Source: an uncultured virus (IMG/VR IMGVR_UViG_3300017958_000005) (taxonomy: Duplodnaviria; Heunggongvirae; Uroviricota; Caudoviricetes). From it: a stretch of 20,000 nt of DNA. The position numbers were made by a program, and so were the translations under genes. This document shows, one piece after another, positions 1 to 7,605 of the stretch (positions are counted from its first letter, which is position 1; every line of letters starts with the position of its first letter). Under the pieces are notes generated by a model, which was not told the DNA's origin, searched no databases, and was given only the letters and a program-made list of their open reading frames with translations. The stretch lies in IMG/VR virus record IMGVR_UViG_3300017958_000005, positions 58,821-78,820 of that record; one strand, written 5' to 3'.

Positions 1-2
1 GG

Positions 3-215
3 AATGCCATTCAATATATGCTCGGCCAATCGAGGCAGGCGCAATGGTCAGGCGGAGAGGGATATTGGGCTCCAATCCTCGGCTACGACTACGTCACCTC
101 AAACGAGGGCGTGTTCCTTGTTCACAACCGAGGCAGTGTTGCTGTGCTTGACGTCGCCGAACCGCTCAGCGGCGGAGCAGCAAAGACAATTGTAGATGGC
201 CTCAATGAAGGGTAA
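3..215 (+). CDS. 3' end of a gene truncated by the window edge; C-terminus loosely resembles ADP-ribosyltransferase-like domains of phage polyvalent/MuF-type proteins
   Basis: Frame is open from nt 3 (AAT GCC ATT CAA TAT ATG...) to TAA at 213-215, so the ATG at 18 is probably internal. Ends ...LGYDYV-x5-FLVHNRGSVAV..., similar to the GYD-x(n)-hydrophobic-NR strand pattern of ART-like domains (weak, recalled). Confidence 0.55.
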   Translation, partial: NAIQYMLGQSRQAQWSGGEGYWAPILGYDYVTSNEGVFLVHNRGSVAVLDVAEPLSGGAAKTIVDGLNEG

Positions 216-224
216 ACTATTGAC
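212..224 (+). promoter_or_regulatory. Putative -10 element for a leaderless transcript
   Basis: G-TAAACT (213-218), 6 nt, then ATG at 225; no Shine-Dalgarno. Confidence 0.55.
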
Positions 225-608
225 ATGAGTGATACAACTAACGAATGGGGCGAAGATCTGCAAGAGGTAGAGCGTCGACAGCAATTCACCGACCGGTTTA
301 ACGAGTTGATGGACTTGACCGACTACCCGCCATTTTCAATCAATCTTGAAAAACACAACGAGTATCGCGAAGAAGTCATGGCCTACAGCGTGAAAATCTC
401 TGAACAAATTCGTGAAAGCGACGCAATCGAAGATCGACCATTCTCAACACTTATGGCGAAATGGGAAGATGACCTTGACGAGGCCAAACTCTACAAACAG
501 CGTTATGGTAGGGATTTTGTTGGCGCCCAGAAAGCGGCCGCAAAGAATGACGGCATCTCCATGCGTGACGTAAAGCCCATCGGACCACCATCAGCATATA
601 AAGACTGA
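225..608 (+). CDS. Hypothetical acidic protein, 127 aa
   Basis: Fills the gap between neighbours; TGA overlaps the next ATG by 1 nt at 608; plausible helical composition. Confidence 0.8.
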   Translation: MSDTTNEWGEDLQEVERRQQFTDRFNELMDLTDYPPFSINLEKHNEYREEVMAYSVKISEQIRESDAIEDRPFSTLMAKWEDDLDEAKLYKQRYGRDFVGAQKAAAKNDGISMRDVKPIGPPSAYKD

Positions 609-2212
609 TGAATAAAGGGGCCGCCGGGAAAGCGCGAGCACTCCGACGCGCTAAAGAATTGGGATGCACTGGTGCACACAAACATCCTGACGGCGGCTGG
701 ATGGCATGCTCCACCCATGAAGAGTACGAGCGTTTAGAAGCCGAAGAAGAGTCCGAGCAAGAAGAAAAATCCGTTCTTTCTCGTGTTCGTGAATTCCAAA
801 GTGTTCGCGAACGAAAAGGCAAACGCCGCAAAAAGAAAAATAAAAAGAACTGGGAAAAACTCGGTGAACGTGGCGTTGTTTCAATCGACACAATCACTGG
901 CGGCGGGCTCGTTTCGGGCGCTGTCGCTGGAAAAGTTGCATCAGCAATCCCCCGTGACGGAGAAGAAGATGTTTTTACCGACATCAACTCAGCACGTCGA
1001 AGGGCGCGACAACTGGGATGTATCGGAGTTGCACGACGTCGTTCCACTGGCGGTCAAGTCGTATGGACTCCGTGTTCAAACATCACCGACTATGCGCGAC
1101 GCACAGGAAGCACCGCCCTTGGCCGTCGATACATAGAACGAATGCGACGGCAAGAAGCGCGTCGAATCGTTGAAGAAGAACGCAAGCGCGGTCGCTACAA
1201 GCGTAAAATTTCCCTATTTGAAGAACTTCACGGGAAAGCGCTCGGCAGGAAAATCCGTCAGGCTGCTGCTGTTTTCGATGCCAATGCCACGGATGGTGAC
1301 AACGACGGGATGGTGCAAGATGGCACCGCTTTTGCTAGACCAGCAATCCCCAAGGGTGTCGGTAAGTCGAAAACATGGAAAGACCTCATTGAGATGGAGC
1401 CCGGTTGGATGTCCGAGGCACCAAAAAACATTCAAAGAGCAGCGTCGCAGGAAGCGAGAGAAAAACACCGGAAATTACGTGTTTCTGGGCTTCGTTCGCA
1501 GCAAACCGGGTCCGGTGGTCGTGCTCAAGTGAGTCGAATCATGCAACAAGTCATGCCAGAGCATCGTGGAAAAGAGGATAGAACCCTCTATTTCATTGGC
1601 GGAACAACTGGTGCGGGGAAGTCAACTCTCACCCGAAATGACAGATTTGGGATACCGGGGCCTGATGCTGCTGCACATATTGACCCTGATGAGATTAAGG
1701 CCGGTTTGGTTGGCTGGGATAATGGCCGTGGTGCTGGTGCCGTTCACGATTCTTCACGACGAGTTACCGATCACGCCATGAAAGCAGCGGCTGAGGAAAA
1801 AACCGATATGGTCGTTCAGGGTACTGGCAAGAGGACTGAGCACCTTCAAATGGCTCGTCAAAATGGATATGCAACTGTTGGGCACTTTGTTCATATTCCC
1901 GGTGACGAAGCAGATCGCCGGATTGTTCAGCGAAATGCTGACAATAGGCAGAATGGTGGAGCGATAATCCCGGAATGGTTTGGGAGCCAGATTGGTCGTG
2001 AACTACAGCCGATTGTTCCTCGTCAAATTACATCCGGATTATTTGATGAATTCTTCTTGTGGGATAACAGCGGAGACACACCCGTTCTGATTGCTAAGCG
2101 CACCAAAGACGGAAATTACAACATCAATGATATTGATGCTTTCAATGATTTCTTTAGTCCGACCGGAGCCGAGTACGTCAAGAACTACTGGGATAGTAAG
2201 TCAAGTAGTTAA
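608..2212 (+). CDS. Multidomain protein: two DUF3721-like repeats, a DGDNDG acidic motif and a C-terminal zeta-toxin-like (AAA_33/zeta) P-loop kinase
   Basis: Repeats ARALRRAKELGCTGAH...WMAC and SARRRARQLGCIG...WTPC; FDANATDGDNDGMVQDGT; Walker A GGTTGAGKST (nt 1598-1627), HIDPDEIK, VVQGT, A-x2-R-x3-R, LWDNS. Confidence 0.8.
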   Translation: MNKGAAGKARALRRAKELGCTGAHKHPDGGWMACSTHEEYERLEAEEESEQEEKSVLSRVREFQSVRERKGKRRKKKNKKNWEKLGERGVVSIDTITGGGLVSGAVAGKVASAIPRDGEEDVFTDINSARRRARQLGCIGVARRRSTGGQVVWTPCSNITDYARRTGSTALGRRYIERMRRQEARRIVEEERKRGRYKRKISLFEELHGKALGRKIRQAAAVFDANATDGDNDGMVQDGTAFARPAIPKGVGKSKTWKDLIEMEPGWMSEAPKNIQRAASQEAREKHRKLRVSGLRSQQTGSGGRAQVSRIMQQVMPEHRGKEDRTLYFIGGTTGAGKSTLTRNDRFGIPGPDAAAHIDPDEIKAGLVGWDNGRGAGAVHDSSRRVTDHAMKAAAEEKTDMVVQGTGKRTEHLQMARQNGYATVGHFVHIPGDEADRRIVQRNADNRQNGGAIIPEWFGSQIGRELQPIVPRQITSGLFDEFFLWDNSGDTPVLIAKRTKDGNYNINDIDAFNDFFSPTGAEYVKNYWDSKSSS

Positions 2213-2217
2213 CTAGA

Positions 2218-2241
2218 TAAGGGCCTTATGTAATGCCCTTA
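2218..2241. repeat. Imperfect palindrome in the intergenic region before the capsid gene
   Basis: TAAGGGC-CTTATGTAAT-GCCCTTA, 7-bp arms, followed by an A-run. Confidence 0.55.
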
Positions 2242-2347
2242 AAAAAATAGTGTTATTTGCCTTATTTGGGGCTAGTGATGTTGTACCTTATAGGTAAGGG
2301 CGCGTGCTTACGTAGGCCTTGTAAACCATCCATCACGTAATTCTTCC

Positions 2348-2353
2348 AAGGAG
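2348..2353 (+). promoter_or_regulatory. Shine-Dalgarno site of the major capsid gene
   Basis: AAGGAG, 10 nt before ATG 2364. Confidence 0.7.
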
Positions 2354-2363
2354 AAGACCCATC

Positions 2364-3680
2364 ATGGCAGATTCAAGCCGCATTACGGAGTTGCAGACCG
2401 CGCTCCAGAGCAAGATGGACGAGAACAAGGCCATTGCCGACTCGTTCAAAATTGAGGACGGCGTCGTCGTCGTCGAAAATGACCAGAAGTCCGCGTTCGA
2501 CGCGAACATGAAGGACATCAAGGAGATCAAGTCACTGATCGCCGGCCTTCAGGACTTCAGCGAAGTTCAGTCGTGGAGTGCAGAGTCGGTTGAGTCCGTC
2601 GCTGCTGCCGCTGCTGCTGGCGAGGGCCTCCGCGAGGCTCGCGCTCAGTTCAAGTCGATCGGTGAGGAATTCCTCGCTTCCGACGAGTTCAAGAGCCTTC
2701 AGGGTGGCCGTAACGGCGCGAACATGCCGTCGCCATTCCAGTACTCTGGCTCGCTGACCACCAGCGGTTACGGCGTTAAGGACATCTACTCGGCGATGCC
2801 TTCCGGCACCCCGGGTCAGTTTGGTTCGATCCAGCGCGATCCGATTGTGATCCCGCCGCAGCGCACCAAGCGCGTCCGCGACCTGTTCCCGACCCGCACC
2901 ACTTCGGCTGCGATCATCGAGTACTTCCGCATGACCGGATTCACCAACAACGCGGCGACCGTCGCTGAGCGTGGTGGCACCCCCGAGACGTTCGCTGCGA
3001 AGCCGCAGTCGACGATGACCTTTGAGGGCGCTCAGGCTCCCGTTCGCACCATCGCTCACTGGGAGGCCGCTCACCGTAACGTCCTCGCCGACGAGCCGCA
3101 GTTGCGTTCGATCATCGACAACGAGTTGATGTACGGCCTCCGTCTTCAGGAAGACGCTCAGATCCTCTCTGGTGACGGAACTGGTGAGAACCTCACTGGT
3201 GTTCTCAACACCACTGGTATCCAGACCTACGACTGGTCCGACGGTGCGCTCAGCCCGGTTCCGGACACGAAGGCTGACGCGATTCGTCGCGCCGCCACGC
3301 TTTCGTTCCTCGCCTACTACGAGCCGACCGGCGTCGTTCTTCACCCGAACGACTGGGAGGACATCGAGTTGACGAAGGACAGCAACGGTCAGTACCTCGT
3401 CGCGGTTTCGGTCGCGATGGGTGGCGAGCCGCGCGTCTGGCGTCTCCCGGTCGTCGAGACCCCCGCTATCGCCGAGGGCACCGCTCTCGTCGGTGCGTTC
3501 GGTACCGGCGCCCAGTTGTACGACCGCGAGCAGGCGAACATCCGGATCTCCGAGCAGCACTCGGACTTCTTCGTTCGCAACGCGATCGTGGTGCTCGCCG
3601 AGCAGCGTCTGGCCCTCGCGGTCAAGCGTCCGGAGGCCTTCGTGAAGGTTTCCTTCGACGGCGCTCCCGAGGCTCCCTGA
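2364..3680 (+). CDS. Major capsid protein, HK97 fold, with N-terminal coiled-coil delta/scaffold domain
   Basis: VRDLFP, A-x-VAE-x(n)-KPQS-x-MTF, VRTIAHW, LRSIIDNELMYGL, QILSGDGTGENLTG, LHPNDW, F-x-RN-x-IVVLAEQRLALAVKRPEAFV; strong SD; strongly C/G-ending codon usage. Confidence 0.96.
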   Translation: MADSSRITELQTALQSKMDENKAIADSFKIEDGVVVVENDQKSAFDANMKDIKEIKSLIAGLQDFSEVQSWSAESVESVAAAAAAGEGLREARAQFKSIGEEFLASDEFKSLQGGRNGANMPSPFQYSGSLTTSGYGVKDIYSAMPSGTPGQFGSIQRDPIVIPPQRTKRVRDLFPTRTTSAAIIEYFRMTGFTNNAATVAERGGTPETFAAKPQSTMTFEGAQAPVRTIAHWEAAHRNVLADEPQLRSIIDNELMYGLRLQEDAQILSGDGTGENLTGVLNTTGIQTYDWSDGALSPVPDTKADAIRRAATLSFLAYYEPTGVVLHPNDWEDIELTKDSNGQYLVAVSVAMGGEPRVWRLPVVETPAIAEGTALVGAFGTGAQLYDREQANIRISEQHSDFFVRNAIVVLAEQRLALAVKRPEAFVKVSFDGAPEAP

Positions 3681-3720
3681 TCCTCGGATCAACAACTAAC
3701 GGCCTAGAGCCGTAGGAACG

Positions 3721-3753
3721 TCCCCCGGGTTAGTCCCCGGGGGATTTTCCTTT
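3721..3753 (+). terminator. Rho-independent terminator after the capsid gene
   Basis: 9-bp stem TCCCCCGGG / CCCGGGGGA, loop TTAGTC, then TTTTCCTTT; a small hairpin ACGGC-CTAGA-GCCGT (3699-3713) precedes it. Confidence 0.9.
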
Positions 3754-3757
3754 ATAT

Positions 3758-3771
3758 GTACAATGTTTAAT
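3758..3771 (+). promoter_or_regulatory. Putative -10 element for a leaderless transcript
   Basis: G-TACAAT (3759-3764), 7 nt, then ATG at 3772, immediately after the terminator. Confidence 0.6.
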
Positions 3772-3933
3772 ATGGCAAAGAACAGCAACGCCGACAACGA
3801 TTATTGGGATGAATACAAACGGATTGGTCGAGACTTCAGGGGTGGACCAGAAGACCTCGAGGAACTTGTTGTTGATGAACATCGGCACGTGCGTATCCAT
3901 CGCCGTAGAAAAGAAAAGATGACCGACGAATGA
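3772..3933 (+). CDS. Small hypothetical protein, 53 aa (absent from the supplied ORF track)
   Basis: MAKNSNADNDYWDEYKRIGRDFRGGPEDLEELVVDEHRHVRIHRRRKEKMTDE*; fills the gap exactly, its stop overlaps the nuclease start (ATGATG), and a -10 box lies upstream. Confidence 0.75.
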   Translation: MAKNSNADNDYWDEYKRIGRDFRGGPEDLEELVVDEHRHVRIHRRRKEKMTDE

Positions 3934-4295
3934 TGACTCTGTACACCTATCGGGCACGGCTTGACCGTGTTGTTGACGGAGACACCGTCGACCTAACCAT
4001 TGACCTTGGATTTGATATCCACCACAAAGTCCGTTGTCGTCTTTATGGAATCAACACTCCCGAGAGCCGAACAAAAGACCTTGCTGAAAAAGAAAAAGGT
4101 CTTGCCGCTAAAGCCTACGTGGAAGACTGGTTTAATTGGAATAAAGAGTGTTTTGTTCAAACCATGAAGGATGGCAAAGGCAAGTATGGTCGCCTTCTCG
4201 CCAATATCTACCCAGACGAAAAGTGTGAGTTCTCTCTTAACGAACAGTTAGTTGACTCCGGTCACGCTGTCGAATACTTTGGTGGAGCACGATAA
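3930..4295 (+). CDS. Thermonuclease (staphylococcal nuclease-like); start at 3930 or 3933
   Basis: RVVDGDT, RLYGINTPE, KYGRLLA, LNEQLV-x2-GHA; no signal peptide. Confidence 0.93.
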   Translation: MMTLYTYRARLDRVVDGDTVDLTIDLGFDIHHKVRCRLYGINTPESRTKDLAEKEKGLAAKAYVEDWFNWNKECFVQTMKDGKGKYGRLLANIYPDEKCEFSLNEQLVDSGHAVEYFGGAR

Positions 4296-4297
4296 TC

Positions 4298-4579
4298 ATG
4301 TCGGATTCGCCCGGATGGTGGGTGAATTCTAACGACCATTACTGGAACCTAGATGGGACCCCAGCAAAGGCAATGCTCATCAAACGGCTACGAGAAAACG
4401 TAAAAATCGTCTCACTTATGCCATGGACATCCGATGTTTACGGATGTTACCCATGTGATGTTTACTGGGTGGACAGAGAAACATGTTGGGTCTGTGGTGA
4501 CGAGGGTTTACTCCTCGCCAACGCACAGACCAAAATCAACATGGTGAAGGACGCCCACAGGGGCAACACCATCACTTGA
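4298..4579 (+). CDS. Hypothetical protein, possible zinc ribbon
   Basis: CYPC and CWVC pairs; starts 2 nt after the nuclease stop; overlaps the RNR stop by 8 nt. Confidence 0.7.
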   Translation: MSDSPGWWVNSNDHYWNLDGTPAKAMLIKRLRENVKIVSLMPWTSDVYGCYPCDVYWVDRETCWVCGDEGLLLANAQTKINMVKDAHRGNTIT

Positions 4580-6497
4580 TTGGACATGCGCCCGTAGCGC
4601 AGTCATCCATAACGACGTCCTCCGAGAAGATTGACTGCACCAAGGGAACCGAGAAGTCAATCTTTTCCAACATCTTCTTGTACTCATCTTCAGTACATTC
4701 CTCGTAAGGCGGAAGCGGGAAGTTGTGATCCGAGTGCAGAAGGAACGAGACAGACTTGACACCGTCGGTGTAATTCTTCGACAGCCACTCACGGATGTCG
4801 TCAAGTTCTTCAATTCGATAGTAGACGGTTACGGACACAGCGTTGTCTGCCCAGACGGTCTGCATCTTCTTAACCCATTCCAACTGGTCAATAGCAGTCA
4901 TGTCAGCAGCAAGTACTGAACCCTCTGGCGATTCACATGGGAACTCAACAACATAGCGAGTGCGATCTTCGCGTCCATCGATGCCCACGTCCCACTTGAC
5001 TGGGTAGCCGCGCCGACGGCAAGCATCAACCAACGGATCTGACGAGCCAAATCGAACACGACGAATGTAATGACGAGCATACGCAGGATGAACACCCGGA
5101 GTCACACCCGGTAGCAGAGCCAACGTTCCAGAAGGCTGAACAGTAGTCAGACGAATCGACTTCGGGAAACCATGCTCCGCCGAATACTTCTCATCGAGAC
5201 CTTCCAGATACTCGTACACCGGATCGAGCCACGAAATCTGCTTTTCCGATGCCTGAAGAATGCCCGTCACCGACTGACCAAGACGAGCGTTCTTCGAAAC
5301 GATCTTCGTAGTCTTCTCGTAAGGATATGACAGACGCGTGATCTGCTTCTGAGTCATGTAGAGCAGTTCTGAAATTTCCCGGAACTGAGCAAGCGACTCG
5401 ATATTTGGAAGGAAGATCGTCGAAAGGTTGCACGACTCCCCGTCGCCAAGAGCAATTTCAGCACACGGGTTATAACCCTCAATGCTCGGGTCTGCCTTCT
5501 TGTGTCCCAGACGACCAAACTTGCGTGCCAACTTTCGGTTGACAAGACCGTATGGTTCCCCTGAGCCGTCGTAACCCTTCCACACCTCGGGCACAATTTC
5601 TTCCCACGCGTCAGCGTAAATCGAGTTGTTGGAGTTTGCGCGCCATGCGGGCACGTTGCCGGCAGACCAGTTCTTTGCCCGAAGGAAGAGAACATCATCC
5701 GGGTCTCCGATCGCGATTTGAGCGGAACGTCGCGATGAACCAGAAACCACAATACGCCCAATGATGTTGCAAATGTCGAGGACATCAACGGAACGCAACT
5801 TCTTGCCAACGCGAGCATCCATGACCTTGCAGATATCCTCGATGCCGTCGATCAACGCACCCGGACCTGATGCCGTGCCACCAAACGTCTTGAGTGGTGC
5901 ACCGTACTCGCGGATGAGAATCGTTGAATACGAGAACGACTTGCCCGTGTAGAAGTACGACTTCAAAACGGAATGAACCAGACGCGACCACCCCTGACGC
6001 GAGTCGGGGACAATGATGTCGGCGTCATTCGTCTTCTCATGAGAGATAGCAACACCCGACTTGACCTTTGGCAACTCGTGAATTTTTGCGCGTTCCACCG
6101 AGAACCCGACGCCACCACCGAGCATGAGGTGATCGAACAGGAATTCGAAGTCCTCAACCTTTTCAATGTTGACGAAGTAACAGTTATTCAGGGAAGCAGC
6201 GTTGAACTGCTGAACCAACGGGGTACCCAACTGCCACAACGCACGACCCGAAAATGAACACCGCAAATTGAACATGTGATCGAACAATGTCTCGGCCTGC
6301 TTCTTGGTGTAAGGAACACCGATCTCTCCAGCGCCCTCAATGACTCGAGCGATTGTTTCTGGCCAAGTTTCAATCGTTCCGTCATCTTTCGGACGGCTGT
6401 AGGTACGCAGATAGACAATCTCGCCCATTCCATTAAAGCCCCACGGAGGTGTTTTTTGGGCGTACGAATCTAGGAACGACTGTTCAAGCAGGGTCAT
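4572..6497 (-). CDS. nrdJ: Class II adenosylcobalamin-dependent ribonucleotide reductase, monomeric RTPR type
   Basis: RTYSR, SGRALW, LNNC, GGGVGFS, GGTASGP, RRSAQI, NPCAEI (thiyl Cys), CNL, TTVQPSGT, C-terminal redox pair CATGAC; SD AAAGAGG upstream. Confidence 0.95.
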   Translation of the reverse strand: MTLLEQSFLDSYAQKTPPWGFNGMGEIVYLRTYSRPKDDGTIETWPETIARVIEGAGEIGVPYTKKQAETLFDHMFNLRCSFSGRALWQLGTPLVQQFNAASLNNCYFVNIEKVEDFEFLFDHLMLGGGVGFSVERAKIHELPKVKSGVAISHEKTNDADIIVPDSRQGWSRLVHSVLKSYFYTGKSFSYSTILIREYGAPLKTFGGTASGPGALIDGIEDICKVMDARVGKKLRSVDVLDICNIIGRIVVSGSSRRSAQIAIGDPDDVLFLRAKNWSAGNVPAWRANSNNSIYADAWEEIVPEVWKGYDGSGEPYGLVNRKLARKFGRLGHKKADPSIEGYNPCAEIALGDGESCNLSTIFLPNIESLAQFREISELLYMTQKQITRLSYPYEKTTKIVSKNARLGQSVTGILQASEKQISWLDPVYEYLEGLDEKYSAEHGFPKSIRLTTVQPSGTLALLPGVTPGVHPAYARHYIRRVRFGSSDPLVDACRRRGYPVKWDVGIDGREDRTRYVVEFPCESPEGSVLAADMTAIDQLEWVKKMQTVWADNAVSVTVYYRIEELDDIREWLSKNYTDGVKSVSFLLHSDHNFPLPPYEECTEDEYKKMLEKIDFSVPLVQSIFSEDVVMDDCATGACPIK

Positions 6498-6550
6498 TTG
6501 GGGCCTCTTTCGAAGTATTTTGTGCGGTTATGACGGGTAGTAAATCCCCG

Positions 6551-6576
6551 TTTGTCGATTGTATCTGACCGACAAA
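6551..6576 (-). promoter_or_regulatory. Putative nrdJ -10 box enclosed by a 7-bp inverted repeat (possible operator)
   Basis: TTTGTCG (6551-6557) - 12 nt - CGACAAA (6570-6576); the spacer contains ATTGTA (6558-6563), which is TACAAT on the minus strand. Confidence 0.5.
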
Positions 6577-6587
6577 TACTGAAAGCG

Positions 6588-6908
6588 TTAAGCCAATCCG
6601 AGATTTCTTGCTTCTTCGAGAGGAATGTGTTTTCCTGCCGGATATTTAAGGACTTTAGCGACGGTGAACGGAGTAATTTTTTTCTCCTCCCACACATCTT
6701 CCTCGAGCAGAAAGGTTTGAGACTCAACCAAGGATTCGATCTGGTTGTATCCGGCCACATGTTCTGGTGGCTGAAGATCTCCTTTGCAGTCACCAGTAGG
6801 GTGGCCACATACCGGACATGGCTCCCTGCTTGCAGCAGAAAAGCCAACTTCCAGACCATCAATGCGGATCACTCCGTCATTTCGTCCGAAAGAGTTGTAT
6901 CCGATCAT
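6588..6908 (-). CDS. Hypothetical protein with CPVCGHPTGDC metal-binding-like motif
   Basis: 106-aa ORF co-oriented with nrdJ; leaderless-type -10 upstream. Confidence 0.75.
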   Translation of the reverse strand: MIGYNSFGRNDGVIRIDGLEVGFSAASREPCPVCGHPTGDCKGDLQPPEHVAGYNQIESLVESQTFLLEEDVWEEKKITPFTVAKVLKYPAGKHIPLEEARNLGLA

Positions 6909-6921
6909 CCCTTAATTGTAC
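6909..6921 (-). promoter_or_regulatory. Putative -10 element for a leaderless transcript
   Basis: Minus strand reads G-TACAAT-TAAGGG-ATG (box at 6920-6915, start at 6908). Confidence 0.6.
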
Positions 6922-6932
6922 CCCTCATAGCG

Positions 6933-7559
6933 TTAGAACTCTTGGACATTGAAGCCAGCGGCATTCAGCATCGTGATTGGATCCTCACCGAGGGTTTCGT
7001 CTTCATCCGAACACGGCCCCCTGAGAGTTGCTGCGATCATAGCGGGGATGATTGCCTCGCGCAACACCGAAGCGGCACCTTGCGTGTATGCGACATTATC
7101 TTCCCACCAGATGTGTTCTTTATTAATATAACTATATGGCGCACTTATTAACATTACATTAGGAGAATCATCTACGCCGAGTGAAACGTGAGTCACAGTC
7201 ACGCATTCCCTTACGTTTTTATTGCCATCGGCAAATAATGCGGCAAGATTCTTCCCCGCCGTCATCTCCGGAGTTTGAGAATGAAATCCTTCGGCTACAA
7301 ACGTAACCTCGTCACAACCCCAAAAATACCTCATTGCGTGTAAAGCGCCAAGACACATCTCGAATCGTTCTTGCAAATCCTTCTTCATGAATTCACGAGT
7401 TAATTGGACAACAAGAGCAAGTTCGTCTCCTACCCACCCAAAGAAATTGAATGGGATATCCTTACCAACACCCTCATCAGCAATGAGAACTTCTTTCGCG
7501 ATCTGGGCAGAAGTCAGCGAAAGCGCAACCTTGGAATATATGTCTGGATATTGGTCCAC
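6933..7559 (-). CDS. Hypothetical protein, 208 aa
   Basis: Long ORF with globular-protein composition, tiles the minus-strand block; GTG start. Confidence 0.8.
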   Translation of the reverse strand: MDQYPDIYSKVALSLTSAQIAKEVLIADEGVGKDIPFNFFGWVGDELALVVQLTREFMKKDLQERFEMCLGALHAMRYFWGCDEVTFVAEGFHSQTPEMTAGKNLAALFADGNKNVRECVTVTHVSLGVDDSPNVMLISAPYSYINKEHIWWEDNVAYTQGAASVLREAIIPAMIAATLRGPCSDEDETLGEDPITMLNAAGFNVQEF

Positions 7560-7605
7560 GACTGGCTACAATAGTCCACGCACGCCAAAATCAAGGGAGA
7601 AATCA

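Noticed and set aside
2218..2247. Hairpin after the zeta-like gene as an intrinsic terminator
   Set aside because: Followed by an A-run on plus, and on minus the T-run precedes the stem, so neither orientation fits
2532..3695. 387-aa minus-strand ORF
   Set aside because: Antisense shadow of the strongly codon-biased capsid gene; no motifs
3680..3720. Programmed readthrough or frameshift extension of the capsid protein
   Set aside because: No slippery heptamer at the stop, an in-frame TAA follows within a few codons, and a terminator lies just downstream
6498..6587. Cobalamin riboswitch or NrdR box upstream of nrdJ
   Set aside because: Gap is only 90 nt and neither consensus is recognisable
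7387..7605. Extended N-terminus of the histone-like ORF (similarly starts 11638 and 8621 of later ORFs)
   Set aside because: Overlaps with real genes; better starts exist with SD, short gaps or ATGA coupling
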